From NCBI GenBank assembly GCA_002811645.1, contig PDIP01000019.1, positions 314,404 through 378,403 on the forward strand: a stretch of DNA of 64,000 bases. The letters run 5' to 3'. Both the position numbers and the translations under genes were made by a program. How positions within the stretch are numbered: position 1 is the stretch's first letter; each line of letters starts with the position of its first letter. This stretch comes from Corallochytrium limacisporum Hawaii. Lineage: Eukaryota; Protista; Pluriformea. Shown here one piece after another: positions 11,412 through 24,100 of this stretch. The notes beneath the pieces are model-generated. The model made no database searches. It saw only the letters and a list, made by a program, of their open reading frames with translations, and was not told the DNA's origin.

Positions 11412-11448
11412 GATCATCCTGCCCGGATCCGGATCGTCTTAAATACCA
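11412..11448 (-). promoter_or_regulatory. Putative core promoter of paralogue 2 (TGGTATTTAAG followed by three GATC)
   Basis: CTTAAATACCA on + strand at 11438-11448, about 135 nt upstream of the ATG; identical to 7436-7446. Confidence 0.45.
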
Positions 11449-14303
11449 ACGTAGTGTGTCCCAATGGAGAATTTGAAGATTCCATCCACCCGGGCATCTT
11501 CACATGATCCTTGTCGAATTTTACAGATATAAATGTGCCCTTTGGTGAAGAAAAACCACAAATGATACACTGATGTATAAACGGTATTCCATGTGCTTCC
11601 TTTGGACCATGGTGCGTTGCACTGCACCTGGCTTTCTCGTGTCCCGGGTTTAACCCACTTCTCCCCTTTCCCCCCTACGGGCCCCCTGTCGAAAACCTTT
11701 TCCCTTTCCCTTCGCTCCCCAGCGTTGCTCTGGTACGTTCAGGGGCCCCGACCGAGAGGGAAACCAAAAAACTTATTACGATAAGGCTACGTAGCTACGG
11801 AAGGTGACCAAGGGGGTGGTTTTCGACTGTTTTCCAACAGCCGTATCTTAAAGAGGTCCGCATCTGACCGCCGGCGAAAGCGAGAGCACACAAATGCCCA
11901 ATACGCAACACCGCAATGGTCCGGACTCCCAAAACCTCATATTAACGGAGTTTGAAGTGGAGAAGGTTGGGGACAGGTTTGTGTGTTCACAGGGGGCTTC
12001 TCCGTGAACGCGGCAGGATGTGCGAGAGGTCAAAGTACATATTTGATACGCCTATGGAGAATGAATGGACTTCCTCCTTGAGAACGGCTTTGGTGGTAAG
12101 GTGTGAAGGAGAAACGCCGGTTAGTGTGGCTTGTGAACCAAACAGCCCCTCAAATATTGTCCGACGCAGTAGTAGACGTATGAGCCCTCTCCGGCGTGAC
12201 ACTCATTGCCGCAAGACGTAGCGGGCATGGAAGTGACTGTCAACAAAAGACCTCGTCTTCTCTTATTCGCGGTCCCAAAGCGGAAAGACTTGTTCCAAAT
12301 ATTTGCGAACCAGTAGTGACCGTACGAGAATGTATGTTAGCGTAGAGCAACGTGTTTAGCCAGAAGTGGCCTCCCCCGGACATGTTATTGACGTCTGTAT
12401 TGTTGTCAATGGCCACCAAACGATACCAAAGCCGTTTTGCATTCTTTCTTAAGCATTTATGACTGGCTTGTATGTTGTCTATACCCAAAAAGCCGATCAA
12501 GTCTTAGTGACTTGAATCTTGCCGCAGATATCCCAGCATAACCAAGCAGGAATGCAACTAAAGGACTCAAAGCAGACAAAGCCGGTAGCCGTGGGTCTTT
12601 ATTTGGGATGAACCTGATCAGGTTGAAGTCTTTCTCTCCGCACTGACAGGGGAATCTTTGCGGGCGTACTGAAAGTTAGAGATAGACCTTGAATTGGGTC
12701 CTGGAGGCAACGAATACTTCGAAAGTGGTAGCGCGACACCTAATTTTAGATGGCGAGGCTGCGTATGACCGTGGCCGGTGATAACAGCAGGTAGTTCACT
12801 GATGTTTACGCCGAAACCGGTTGATCTCTTCTAGTGTTTTGATCGCCACAAGGGCACAGATCAAACCGACCAGCCTCAACACCACCGCACAAGCAGTAAC
12901 CCCTCGTACATTTCAGGTACGTATGATCACTGGGGACTATCTCCCATATGCACTTGAGAATTATTTTTTTACTCCAAGCAAACGAATCAGAATATCAACA
13001 CTCTTACCGCCTCGTTAATACATAGGGGGATTGCTTCCATGCCAAAATTTGTCATACATGAAGCATCAAGAGCCCGCAGCATGTGCATGTGGTTCCGGGC
13101 CGAGATGCAAGTCGGAGTTGCCGTCCAGTACACTAGTCTTGGCATCCTCACAATAGAGCTTTAATCCCTCTGCTGAAGAACAAAATCACATTTTTGCTTG
13201 CCTCGTTTCTCCTAGTATGTTTTATAGTGCTCTTCCCCACGACGCTGCAGTAATTGCCTTTTGGCTTTGTCTTTGGTGCTTTGGCCTGCGTACCTCTGAA
13301 GAACGGTCATGTCTGTAAGGCCGTGTCAACCCTTCCCTTCCCAAGGTAGGTGGGACTAGGAGCCCACAGCGGGTTGCTAGCCCGGCTCGGTGTATTGTAG
13401 TCAGTCCCTGACCCTCGAATTGGTGGTTATATGAATTTAACTGCGTACATGGGGGCCAATATTCTTCGACGTCGGGGGGACGCGCACAAAGTACCCGTAC
13501 ACAACCCAAGGGGTTGGGGGTGGAAGTGGCGCAAAAAAGATACACCCGGTACATTCAGTACGGTTAGTGGTATTTGCCGGATCTGATAACTAAGACTCCG
13601 TTTGTTCATACTGACGGCAGGGACGACCGCCAGGCCGGTCAAATGGGACGGGTCCCTAAACCCACCCCCCCACCGGCGCAAAGGGGGGGGGGTGGAAGGA
13701 GGGGAGGAGAGAAATACGTGGTATAACCAAACGAGGTAAGGCGAGCTTGCCTGCTGTGTAGGGAGACGACAGACGCAATAGAACACATATGGACATGGCC
13801 CGGGCACAGGGATGCACGAACGACCTGGTGGAAGCGATGAATTCAACAAAAGGCTTGGATGCGGGGCACCTTGGCGACTATTTGAGTTGCCCAAGGATCA
13901 ACCCGTGGACGGGCACTTTGCGGGTCGGCTCTCCGAGCTAGCTGGGCGCACTGCCCTCAGTGACTTGGATGAGTGGGCACTCTACTATCTCAAGTCTGGT
14001 AACGATCGCACTTCAGGCCGCGCCCATTTGGTAACTGTTAGCTCCTTTGGTATGGGAATATATATCATCCACTGTATTGAACGTATACGACGATGTCAAT
14101 ATTTCCAATTCCGTCCGGAAAGCCAAACAAAAAAAAAAAAATCGGGAGAAAGAGTGCCTAAGGCGGAGCGGCCAGCACAGGTGGAAGGGGATAGCTACTC
14201 TTGGCCCGGAGATGTGGGGACCGCAGCGGTAACGGAAATGAAAGTGGTCAACGGACGACAAAACGTCGCAGGGCGACCGGAAACCACGGTATGCTTCGAC
14301 ACT

Positions 14304-14340
14304 GGGGAGGGAAGGGGGGAAGGGGGAAGGGGGAAGGGAA
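14304..14340 (+). repeat. (GGGGGAA)n purine tandem repeat, G-quadruplex-capable
   Basis: GGGGAGGGAAGGGGGGAAGGGGGAAGGGGGAAGGGAA read directly. Confidence 0.7.
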
Positions 14341-14513
14341 GCTGTTATCTCCGTTAGGAATGCGCAATCGGTCCCTGCGGGTCAGTCGTTGTCTGTCGGG
14401 TGCTGACTCCGCTTCATCCGATGCATCGGAGACCACGCGACCCCAAAGACATGATGGATACATCTGGATCTTCTGGGACCTTCGACAGGGTCTGTGATTT
14501 GGTGGCCATACCC

Positions 14514-14801
14514 TTACTTGCCCATCTGGACGTCGGTCTCATCATCACTCTCAGTACTGGCATCGCAGTCCGGAGAGGGTGGAAATTGACTGGCAAGCAT
14601 CTCATTGCACACCCCATCAGGAACCTTTGTTATGTTACACTCCCAAAACTCCATGTAGATTTGGTTGCCGGCAACAGATGTCCCACGGCCAGCCACACTA
14701 GGAGAGCACAGGCTGTTCAGGAAGGTATCAGACCAATCGGCTCCAATGACTTTCATAGCCAGCTTTGCCACGTCCCTGATCTGGCCTGGGGTGGTAACCA
14801 C
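14514..14801 (-). pseudogene. C-terminal remnant of a third aerolysin-like paralogue
   Basis: TPGQIRDVAKLAMKVIGADWSDTFLNSLCSPSVAGRGTSVAGNQIYMEFWECNITKVPDGVCNEMLASQFPP aligns with paralogue 2 TPGQIRHVAELAMNVIGAEWSESFLNSLVSPSVAGLAKSVAGNNVFMEMWECDRTQVPNRTCNEALAQQFPP. No upstream ATG or signal peptide; in-frame stop at 14922-14924. Confidence 0.85.
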
Positions 14802-15091
14802 CTCATGCAATGGGTGGTCCAAACCATCAAGGAGCCGGCAGTCCGGGAATCGTGTACTATCCCCAGGGGCCTGCTGGCAGTCCCTTGGGTCACTATCCTT
14901 CCTCAAAGGGCCACCAAAGCATCACGATACCTCCAGCTATTCAGTACCAGCCACATCCACAGCGATAAAGTCTTGCCATAGTTCTGCCTTGAAAGTTCAC
15001 TTCACAAGGAATGTACAGATATACATTATCATCTGTATTGAAATGGACTTCACGAATTTCTTTTTTATTACGATGCCACACTACGGGAACT

Positions 15092-17101
15092 TCATTCCCA
15101 TTCAGTTGTGCCCGGAGGCTTGCTTGTCAGATCATAAGCGACACGGGAGACCCCTTCAACCTTCAAAATAGCCTCGACCATTTGGTTCAGGATATCAATG
15201 GGCATATTGCCATCATCTGCACCGGGAATGGCAGGCACACCGGTCATGAAATCATTAGTGATAAAGGTACGGATGCCGATAGAGCGTTTGGTAGAGGGCT
15301 CGCCCTCAAGGCGGTCAAAATGCACAGGGAAGCTCACTATGGGTACCTGAGCCAGCTTCCGGGTCAAATGCGCCTCGCGCATGATGCGGTTGGCGGCATC
15401 ATCCGCCTGTTGAAGCTGGTGGATGACGTCAGGAGTACACCTCGTGACCGTAATGTCCTCGACCTCAGTCTTGATCTTGTCGCCAAAGATGTAGACGACG
15501 CGGTTGACTCGGTGGCAAACTTGGGGAATGAGGATAGCCAACCGACGCAAGACAACCCAGTTTGGTTCGCCGTCCACACTGAGCGCAGCGCAGTAGGCGT
15601 ACGTACGTCCATCGCCCTGGACACCAACCGTACGAATTGGCAGTAGATCACCGCGCACGGCACGGAAATCCTTGAGATAGTCATCGTGGCCCTCACCGAA
15701 CAGAGAGGCAATCTTGCCCTTGATAGTCTCCTCCATAGATCCGGAACCATATCCATCAGTAATGGCGCGCAGGAGCTGCACGTTCTCCTCGTGGTCGTCA
15801 GCCTTGTATGGTTCCTCAGCGCAAATGATACGCACCGCTAGACCAGGTCCTGGGAAGGGCTGACGCTCTACGAGTACTTCAGGAAGGCCCAGTAGTCTGC
15901 CCAATTCACGGACTTCGTCCTTGTGGTAGTCCTTTAGAGGCTCAATAACCTTTCCAGAATCACGTAAGGCGCGCACAAGGTCTGTGTCGTTATGGTGGGT
16001 CTTGATGGCATCGGCAGTTTTACTAGCATGGCTCGAAGCACTTTCAATCAGGTCTGGGCGTAGAGTACCCTGCGCTAGGTACATGGCTCCCAGGTTCAGG
16101 CCAGCAATAAATCGGTTGGCCACGTGCATAAAGGTATCGCCAATGATCTTCCGTTTCTCTTCAGGGCTTACTGTGATCTTCAGCTGTTTCGTCTGCACAG
16201 TGTTGTCAGTGCCGCGAACTTTGTACTCAGTAGTGCCATTGTAGAACTCCTGGCTGGCATCAATGACTGTCAGTTTCTGTCCAATACGTTCCAGGGACTC
16301 TTGGACCAGCTTGGACTCATTCAGACGCATGAATCCATTGTCAATGTGAAGGGCCACGACTTTTTCATTACCAAGGGCCTTATTGAGTAGAGCGGCACAC
16401 ACAGAGCTGTCCACACCACCACTGACAAGCACCAGAACGTGAGCGTCTCCAACAGTCTCCTTAATTTCTCTGATGGCCTTTTCCTCACGGTCTTCAACAC
16501 TGTAGTTACCCGAAACCTTGCAACTCTCATAAAGGAAGTTCTTGAGCATATGCTTACCATTGGTGGTGAGATCCACTTCAGGGTGGAACTGAACACCAAA
16601 AAGCTGCTTTTCCTCATTGGCAATGGCACTAACAATTCCACTATGGCTTACACCGACAGCATTGAAGCCAGGAGCGACGGTATCGATAGAATCTCCGTGG
16701 GTGAGGAGGACTTCCTCCTTTTCCTTCATACCCTTGAAAAGAACAGAGGATGGTTGCACAGTGATTTCCATCTGACCATCCTCACGAGTGTCCTTCTTGG
16801 CAATTGTGCCTCCGAATTCAATGTTCATTAGTTGCATTCCGTAACAAATGCCAAGAACGGGGAGGCCCAGGTGGAAGATCCCATTGTCAAACTTTGGTGC
16901 ATCTTCAGCGTACACAGAGTTGGGACCTCCTGAGATGAGAACACCCTTGTACTTGCCATCGTTGATCTCCTGAGCGGTGGTGGAGAAGGGAAGAATGTGG
17001 CAATCACATGATAGCTCGCGAACCTTTCGGTCGATGACCTTTCCAAACTGAGAACCCGCATCCACAATAGCCACTTTGTCGGCCTCTGTGATACCCACCA
17101 T
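15092..17101 (-). CDS. GMPS: GMP synthase (glutamine-hydrolysing)
   Basis: GATase motifs DAGSQF, PVLGICYGMQ, QFHPEV; ATP-PPase SGGVDS; IKTHHN; C-terminal YDLTSKPPGTTEWE. First ATG is at 17101. Confidence 0.97.
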   Translation of the reverse strand: MVGITEADKVAIVDAGSQFGKVIDRKVRELSCDCHILPFSTTAQEINDGKYKGVLISGGPNSVYAEDAPKFDNGIFHLGLPVLGICYGMQLMNIEFGGTIAKKDTREDGQMEITVQPSSVLFKGMKEKEEVLLTHGDSIDTVAPGFNAVGVSHSGIVSAIANEEKQLFGVQFHPEVDLTTNGKHMLKNFLYESCKVSGNYSVEDREEKAIREIKETVGDAHVLVLVSGGVDSSVCAALLNKALGNEKVVALHIDNGFMRLNESKLVQESLERIGQKLTVIDASQEFYNGTTEYKVRGTDNTVQTKQLKITVSPEEKRKIIGDTFMHVANRFIAGLNLGAMYLAQGTLRPDLIESASSHASKTADAIKTHHNDTDLVRALRDSGKVIEPLKDYHKDEVRELGRLLGLPEVLVERQPFPGPGLAVRIICAEEPYKADDHEENVQLLRAITDGYGSGSMEETIKGKIASLFGEGHDDYLKDFRAVRGDLLPIRTVGVQGDGRTYAYCAALSVDGEPNWVVLRRLAILIPQVCHRVNRVVYIFGDKIKTEVEDITVTRCTPDVIHQLQQADDAANRIMREAHLTRKLAQVPIVSFPVHFDRLEGEPSTKRSIGIRTFITNDFMTGVPAIPGADDGNMPIDILNQMVEAILKVEGVSRVAYDLTSKPPGTTEWE

Positions 17102-18163
17102 AATACTTCCTATGTGTATCACGTACGATCTATACTGAGGGATCCTGTAGACTATGCATATATAAATAAAGAGGACTTGTCACATGAGTCAGATAGCTAT
17201 ATAAATCAAATACCATAGCCACAGAAAGCAGAGAAGTGAACGAAGGGCAGACACGTGTCGTGCTTGTGCGCTCGTTAGTTGGGTCTCCGAGAGGGACACT
17301 GGGCGCGGTGGGTCACAGCCAACGCTGAGGGAGGCAGTCACCCATTTCAGCGGCCAAAGTGGGCTCTGGTTGCCTGCCCGCCAACTTTCCACTCGTTCGC
17401 GCGTGGTGACCCTGATGGAACCAGTAGGGAGCTTCTTCTCCTAGAGGCGGAAAATAGGCCCCCGTTCATAGGGTCTGTGTTGCGGTAGAACGTTCAGTAC
17501 CAACGTATGGATAATCGCTGACGGGTAAGTGGTTGACAGTACTGAATCTACTGCAGCCGACTCCGAGAAGCCGGCGGGTAGGCGAGTATACTGCGAAGGG
17601 GGCATTTGCCATCCACTTTCCTACGCCGATGGGTTAGGGTTCAATAGCGAAAGTACCGAAACGAGAGAAAAGAAAACAAAAAGGTTATCGGGCCGAGCTG
17701 TCCGGATGGTTGAGTACTGCCTGGCTTCTCCGAAAGGACCTCCTCTTGGATCCCAAGGCACCACCGCTGTGACATCGGGGGTTGACCCCTGGCAGAGATC
17801 TATGCCAGCGCGCCCGCAAAAGAGATATTCACCTGGCTTCTGTTTTCCCAATTTTTCTTTCGCTATACACAATTTTGGAGGGAACTTGGAAAGGCAGTGT
17901 TTTGGCACCATCGGACGCACACGGACGATATTGCCACGGACGAGATAGTGCAGGTCTTTGAAGGGATCCAGGTTTTACGGTTAGTATATTGACGAGCACG
18001 ACAACTATTGTGCAACGCCGAGAGGCGAGCGAAAATATGGGGCCGAGATCAGGCGAAGAACACTATATCGGATCCTGTTCGAGAAATCTAACACAGAACA
18101 TGTAAGGCGGAGTTTGTTCGTAAACAAATAGAATTGTCGGCCTTAGGGCTTAACACCGCCAGG

Positions 18164-21100
18164 ATGGAGGACGAGGGAGAGCTTGAAGTTTACCAATTTC
18201 CAGCTCCGGCCAAGCGATTATGTAAGAAGCTTCCTCAGGCTCAGGATAATATCCAGGCCGATTACTATCCTCAGCGAGCGGGCCAGCCGGAAGATATCCT
18301 GAATCCAGAGACCCTGAGCAAGGGGTTTCAATTTAGTGCACCGGTCAGGAATGAATTAGTGGGAACAGCCATCGACAAGGCCGTTGCGGCTGCTAAGATG
18401 AGACGATATCTCGATGGCAAGACTGAAGATACGAAGCAACCGATCAGTGTCCACGCTTCGTTGAGACCTGTCGTCGAATCAAATGTGAACAAAATTCTTC
18501 GGTTACGGGAGCAAAAAATTGCACAGTCAACAAACCAAACCATTGCTCAGCATTCGTTACAGTCACAAGGAAGAGCAGGTTCTGAGGCAAGAGGTCAGAA
18601 TGTGACTCCCAAGTATGGCGATGCTCGGGCCAGTGTTTTGCTTGACAAAAGAACGCTTGAAAAGTGGGTAATGGGATTCGAACGAGCGACACCCCTCAAA
18701 GAACTCGCGAACAAGATCCCCATTTTTAAGAAAGAGTGGCATGTTGCGAATTCTTTACTTGATCTGCTGTACGCTCGCCATATCCCAGTGATTCGGGCAG
18801 TTTGGTTAATCAAGATCACGTTTGTTCATGAGTTGAGTCTGAAACATGGGACAAAGAAAAAGGAATCCTATACCCTTTTGCGGGAATGGACTACGGTGAT
18901 TACGTCCTACTTGGCCGATAAATTGCCCATCATTGCTCCTCAGGAGAACCTTACACATGTCAAATCGCAGGCCATTGCTGATGCGCTGGGTCGCTTCAGG
19001 TATGGCATTGCGCTCATGATTCAGATGCTTAGTGATGGCATGATGGACAAACCGATGACAGTGAGCTGGATGATGGACCATTTCAAGAAGAGCCGCACCA
19101 ACACAGAGATGAGTTTGATTCTTACAACGATATGTCAACTATGGGACCAATTTTTGGATCACACTGCTCTAACTCGCACATTTGTCGAAACAATGATCGA
19201 CAAGTACAAATCTTTGGCTTCACCACCCACAAGTGGATCGGCTTCATCCAAGAATAGCAGAAATGTAAAGACAAAGAACGACAACGGCGACCGGATCCAA
19301 ACGACTCCAGGAAGTAATCTTCAGGATGCCATTTCAGAAACTATCGAATCGTTGGTTCTGCGAACACTGGTGAACTGTCCGAATGCGTTCATTTCTCTGC
19401 CACATATGCAATTGGATATTGTTGGTTCTATGTTGCAGAATCAGAATGTGAAGACGTCATCCTTGTCAGGATATGTTCATCTACAGAAGACCTTGCAGGC
19501 CATCCGGAATAGCACTCAAGACCTTAAGTCGTTAAGTATGCGAGAGCTCGTGAGCGAGCACCCCGCAGCGGATCCATCCACAACTCCTTCTGACAAGAAG
19601 GGCAGTAATGGTACAAATGGGATGGATGTCGAAGGTGCAGGTGACGACGTAACGGATGTCACTTGGGAAGGTGACCTCTTGCTGCTGGGACAGCAGGTTC
19701 AAATGGATGACTTGTATCAATTGATATTTGGCGTTGGTGCAAGTACAGAGGATACCGAGACCGAGGGACCGTTCAGCCCCGAGCGGGCCATCTTCTTCCT
19801 TCTGGAATGGTGTGTCTCTGCCCCAGACAGCGCAAGTCAGGTCCGTATGGGCATGCTTATGAATCTTCTGACGGCACCGGAGACAAAGGACACGACTTCA
19901 ACAGAACGAGAGGGCAACGGCGTGGGCGCCGATGCCATGGATGTCGATACCACGCACACTAGTATGGCTGAAGAGGATTTACTCGGGTTTGCAAGCAGAA
20001 AGAAAAGTGTCAAATCGCAGGGTGAAGAGCACGTGACCAAGGAAGCTCCTCCAGGCATCCGCAAGCACATTCAGTCCGTGCTGCATCAGTACACAATGTG
20101 CTGGGTTGAGAAATGGAGTCAATCTGGAGCCATTCACTCGGACGAAGGGGGCTCACCAGGTCATGAAGCCTTCAATCGGGAGTCCCACAATCTTCAGATG
20201 CTGTTGTGCACGGCTGTGACACTTGGATTTTTTGACGTCATGGCGGCTGTGAGGTCTCTTATCGAGAATGGGCAAATTGTTCGACGTGAGAATCTTTCCC
20301 TGTACTTGAAAGCCATTGCGCAATGCCCAATTGAAGATGGCAACACACGAAACATGCTGAATGTCTTGATCAGTCGCGTGAATGACCCTAGTCTTTGCCG
20401 CTTGTACCCGTACACTCAAGAACAGAAACTGTTGCAGAAGAATCTGTTGGTGACATTAACAACTCTGTTCTTGCCAAATCTGGCGGTCAAGCCAAGTTGG
20501 CAGTCCACCTTTGTACTTGGACAGGGGGAACGTATTTACCTGTCGTCAGCTGATCTCATTCAAGGGCAGCAAACGACGCCTACTGATGCGGATGGTATTG
20601 AGGTACAGGTACTGAAAACTCTTCGTGGATTGGACACTCGTTTGAGAAGTCTGACGCTCAGGTGGCTGATCTCCCAGTTGTGCATGACTTGCCCAAACAG
20701 ACGATTCCAGCGAGAACTGTGCTCTTTTGATACTTTCCTATGCTGCGTTGACACTTGTCCTGAAAGCAAAGATGGTGGCGCAGTTTTAGGAGGCTTGACA
20801 CCTGAGAGATTCCTGCTGTTGGTCGAATGGCTTCACCATTTCGGTATGGTGCACCAGGCCTTCAAGATGACCGTGACTGTCCTTTTGAGTTCACGCAATT
20901 TGGGAGACTTGCTCATCACAGCATGCATTGCTGTGGGTTCGCACTTTAGCCATCTAAACACCCTGCCTCAGAGCCTACAAATCCAGATATTTGAGGCTGT
21001 CAGCAATGCGGTGGACACAACAGTTGTTGGGTATTTGAAGACCATATTTGAAGGAATGCTAGCACGCATGTATCGCAACTGCCACTGTCTCGCGACTGCC

Positions 21101-24100
21101 TACCCAGACTTTAAGGACACTGCAGATCGCCTTATGAGCTTCATGGTCGATGCCGACATGTTCGCCATGGCACAACGTTGGACAGCCAATCGACGACCAG
21201 GATTTCTTGCCAAGGAAGTTAATCAGGGATTCGGGCAAAACGATCGGAGACTACATGACATTAAGGAAGATGACGATATCTACTCCTTCATCTTGACTCT
21301 ATTTGAATATTGCCAGGACCACGATCTGATTACGGCAAGCGGCAGAGAATCTGATGAATTTGAGGGTGTTCTCCTGCCAGTACGGGTTCAAGGCGCAACT
21401 GAAGCCATCAAGACCTTTAGCCACGTACTTTTCGTGGTCAGCAACAAGCTGAACTTAAAACTGCCCTACAAGCCAGGTTTACGCAGCTTCATAGAGATCG
21501 AAAAGCTGATGCGAACGGGCAAGTACAAGCCTCAGTACCTAGATAGCTCAGTGTGCCTGGCGCTCATGTTGCTTGCCAAACAGTACTGCCCGCTTCATCA
21601 ATTCATCGAACAGCAATGTATGCCGTATATTGAGTTCCTTGCAACGGGCAAATTTACAGCAGACGATCTGGTCTTCCTGACATTCATGTTGCGAATATTG
21701 AGTGCCATCTTTCCCGGTGATGGTACGAAGTTAGATCAGGGACCCAACACAGGTCGTCCGATAAGTGACTATCTCGGGTTTCAGGATCGTAACTTGCTCC
21801 GCAACTGCGCGAATCACATGCAGTCAGCCGTATTGTTTGAAATGCTTCTGGCTCTTCTGCCATTAGCGGAAGCAATGAGCGACATTCCTGAGGCCCAAGG
21901 TATGAGACAAGTGTGTGAGAACATCCTTCTTTCTCCAAAAGTCCAAATGGATCTGATGGAGGACAACCAACGCACTCGAATTCTTCAGCGCCTGCGGGAT
22001 GAGTCCAACGGCGGTCACCTGAAGCACAGCGACGGGCGGTGGATTCTTCATCGCCTCTATCATGACCGAAAGGACGCTCAACGCCTCAGTGAGCGGGCGA
22101 TTGCGGATCAAAAGGACTTGGCAACTCTAGTGGCGGACATTCTGCCCATCACCACTCTGTCCACTCTACCCGAGGTCGCTGCCGAACTGTCTGCTGCGTT
22201 TCAAGAGTTTTTGATCCATCAGCAGCAGAGCAAGGATGCGACCAATGCTGGTGTGGATATTCTTAGTGACATAGTGTGGTTGTTAATCTCCCAAGCACAA
22301 TTCGTGACAGTGAGTCCCCAGACTTACGATAGGCAGGTGGCCAGATTTGCGGTAGCCATGCCTTCGGATGTTATTCAGAACGTTCTTACGAAGGCATTGG
22401 AGAAAATGGCAGAATTTGATGCGACTAGCACTGGCTTTGCGGCAAGTTTCCAAACGGAAGTTCTCCAAGACTACCCCCCTGCGAATGCCTTTACGCGACT
22501 CCAGCTTGGGGCGCCAAGTATTCAGGATGACACTAAAAGTGATGGTTCCATGAGCGAGAAGCACAAGCAGCTTCAAGCAGAACGCTGCTTCATCAGTGTG
22601 ATGGCAGCATGTATGGTGCGCCACGGTGAAACTGTCCGCGAATCATTCGCTATGCTTCTTGAGGAACAGGTATCACAGCTCTGCGATTCGTTTGACACCA
22701 GCATTGATACGACCGAGGACATGCTGCACCGCCTGCAAGCGTTGCAGCAGCGTGGTCGTCTACTTATAGCGTCCAATCACCCAGACAGTATAGCGACATC
22801 TATGGCTTGGCAATGGATCCTTCTTTTGCTTAAGACCCTCCGCAGCCCGCTGCTGCAGGCTGCACATACGAAGATCTACCAATACTCTGCCCACGTTTTT
22901 GAAGGCTGCCTGAAGGAACTTTCTAGTGGCCAAGGTAGGACTGACGCGAATGTGCAGCAGAATGGAGACGCAGGTGACCAGAACCCAGTGAGCACAAGCA
23001 CTAACCAGGAATGTGAGGACACTATCAAGCTAGTGGTGCAACTGCTCATATTGTACATCACTGCTATTTGCAGTCCATTTGCACAAAACTCTGAGAATGA
23101 CCAAGCATCTAATGCTGGCAGCAACAAACCGACTCCTCGCGGTGGCAGCACCGGTAATGAGCACAGTGGCCATACCCTCAGCCGAGAGCAGCAGCAGCTG
23201 ATCAAGTTGATCATTCCACAGATCAAGCGTCTCCCGCTGCATATAGCGGCAATGATCGAGACCGCTATCCCAACTCTAAGACCGAGGCAGATGGTCTGGG
23301 TTCCGAATGAAAGTGGCACGTCCAGTGCACCAACCAAGAGTGGCAGTTTGCGCAACTCTATCAATGGCATTTCTCATGCCAAGGCAAAGCGGAAGGGTAG
23401 CACCGCTGGTATGCCCATCGAAGACGGTGATAGCAACGATGCTGCTCAGGCAGCGGACCGTGACGATGGTGATGTTCTGCGCATTCAGGAGTATTTCATC
23501 AAACCCTGGGATCTTTTGGAGGGCCAGAGACAGATTCTGCCCATGGGCTGGCATTGGTTTGGATGGGAGCGCTTCAATACAGACGGCGATTGCGGTGTAC
23601 AGCGCGGTACTGTACAAGCGATGCGACAGCTTTGCGTGCAACACAGCCACCAGATCATGCCCGGAGATGCCATCGACATTCAGTCCCTGGGGGAGGCGCT
23701 GAAAGCGGCCAACATTCCTGCCTTAGGTGCATTTGGCAACCCGATGATTGGACAAGGTGGTTTCATGGCATCAGGCATGGACAACGCTAACGCTGGTGGA
23801 TACAGCTCTCCATTGAATCCAAGCGGCATCTCAGCCTCCAGCCCGGGAATTTTGCTGCACGTTCCAAGTGCACAGACGCAGGTGTCACAGGTCGAGAACG
23901 TCGGCGGTCCTCTGGCCGCGACGCCAACAGTCGTGGCCAAAACGGCCACTGCGCAACCGTCTTCGACACTGGCGTCGACGCCCGGAGGGAGTCCGCCCAC
24001 AACGATCTCGGAGGCGGTAGCAGCAGCAGCGGCTGCTGCTGCTGCCGCTGCTGGTACCACTGGTGGCGGCCTGCGCGACTCCACTGCAACCGTGACATCA

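Noticed and set aside
13812-14110. ORF containing VSSFGMGI, reminiscent of RecQ helicase motif V
   Set aside because: No other helicase motifs; the ORF runs into homopolymer sequence.
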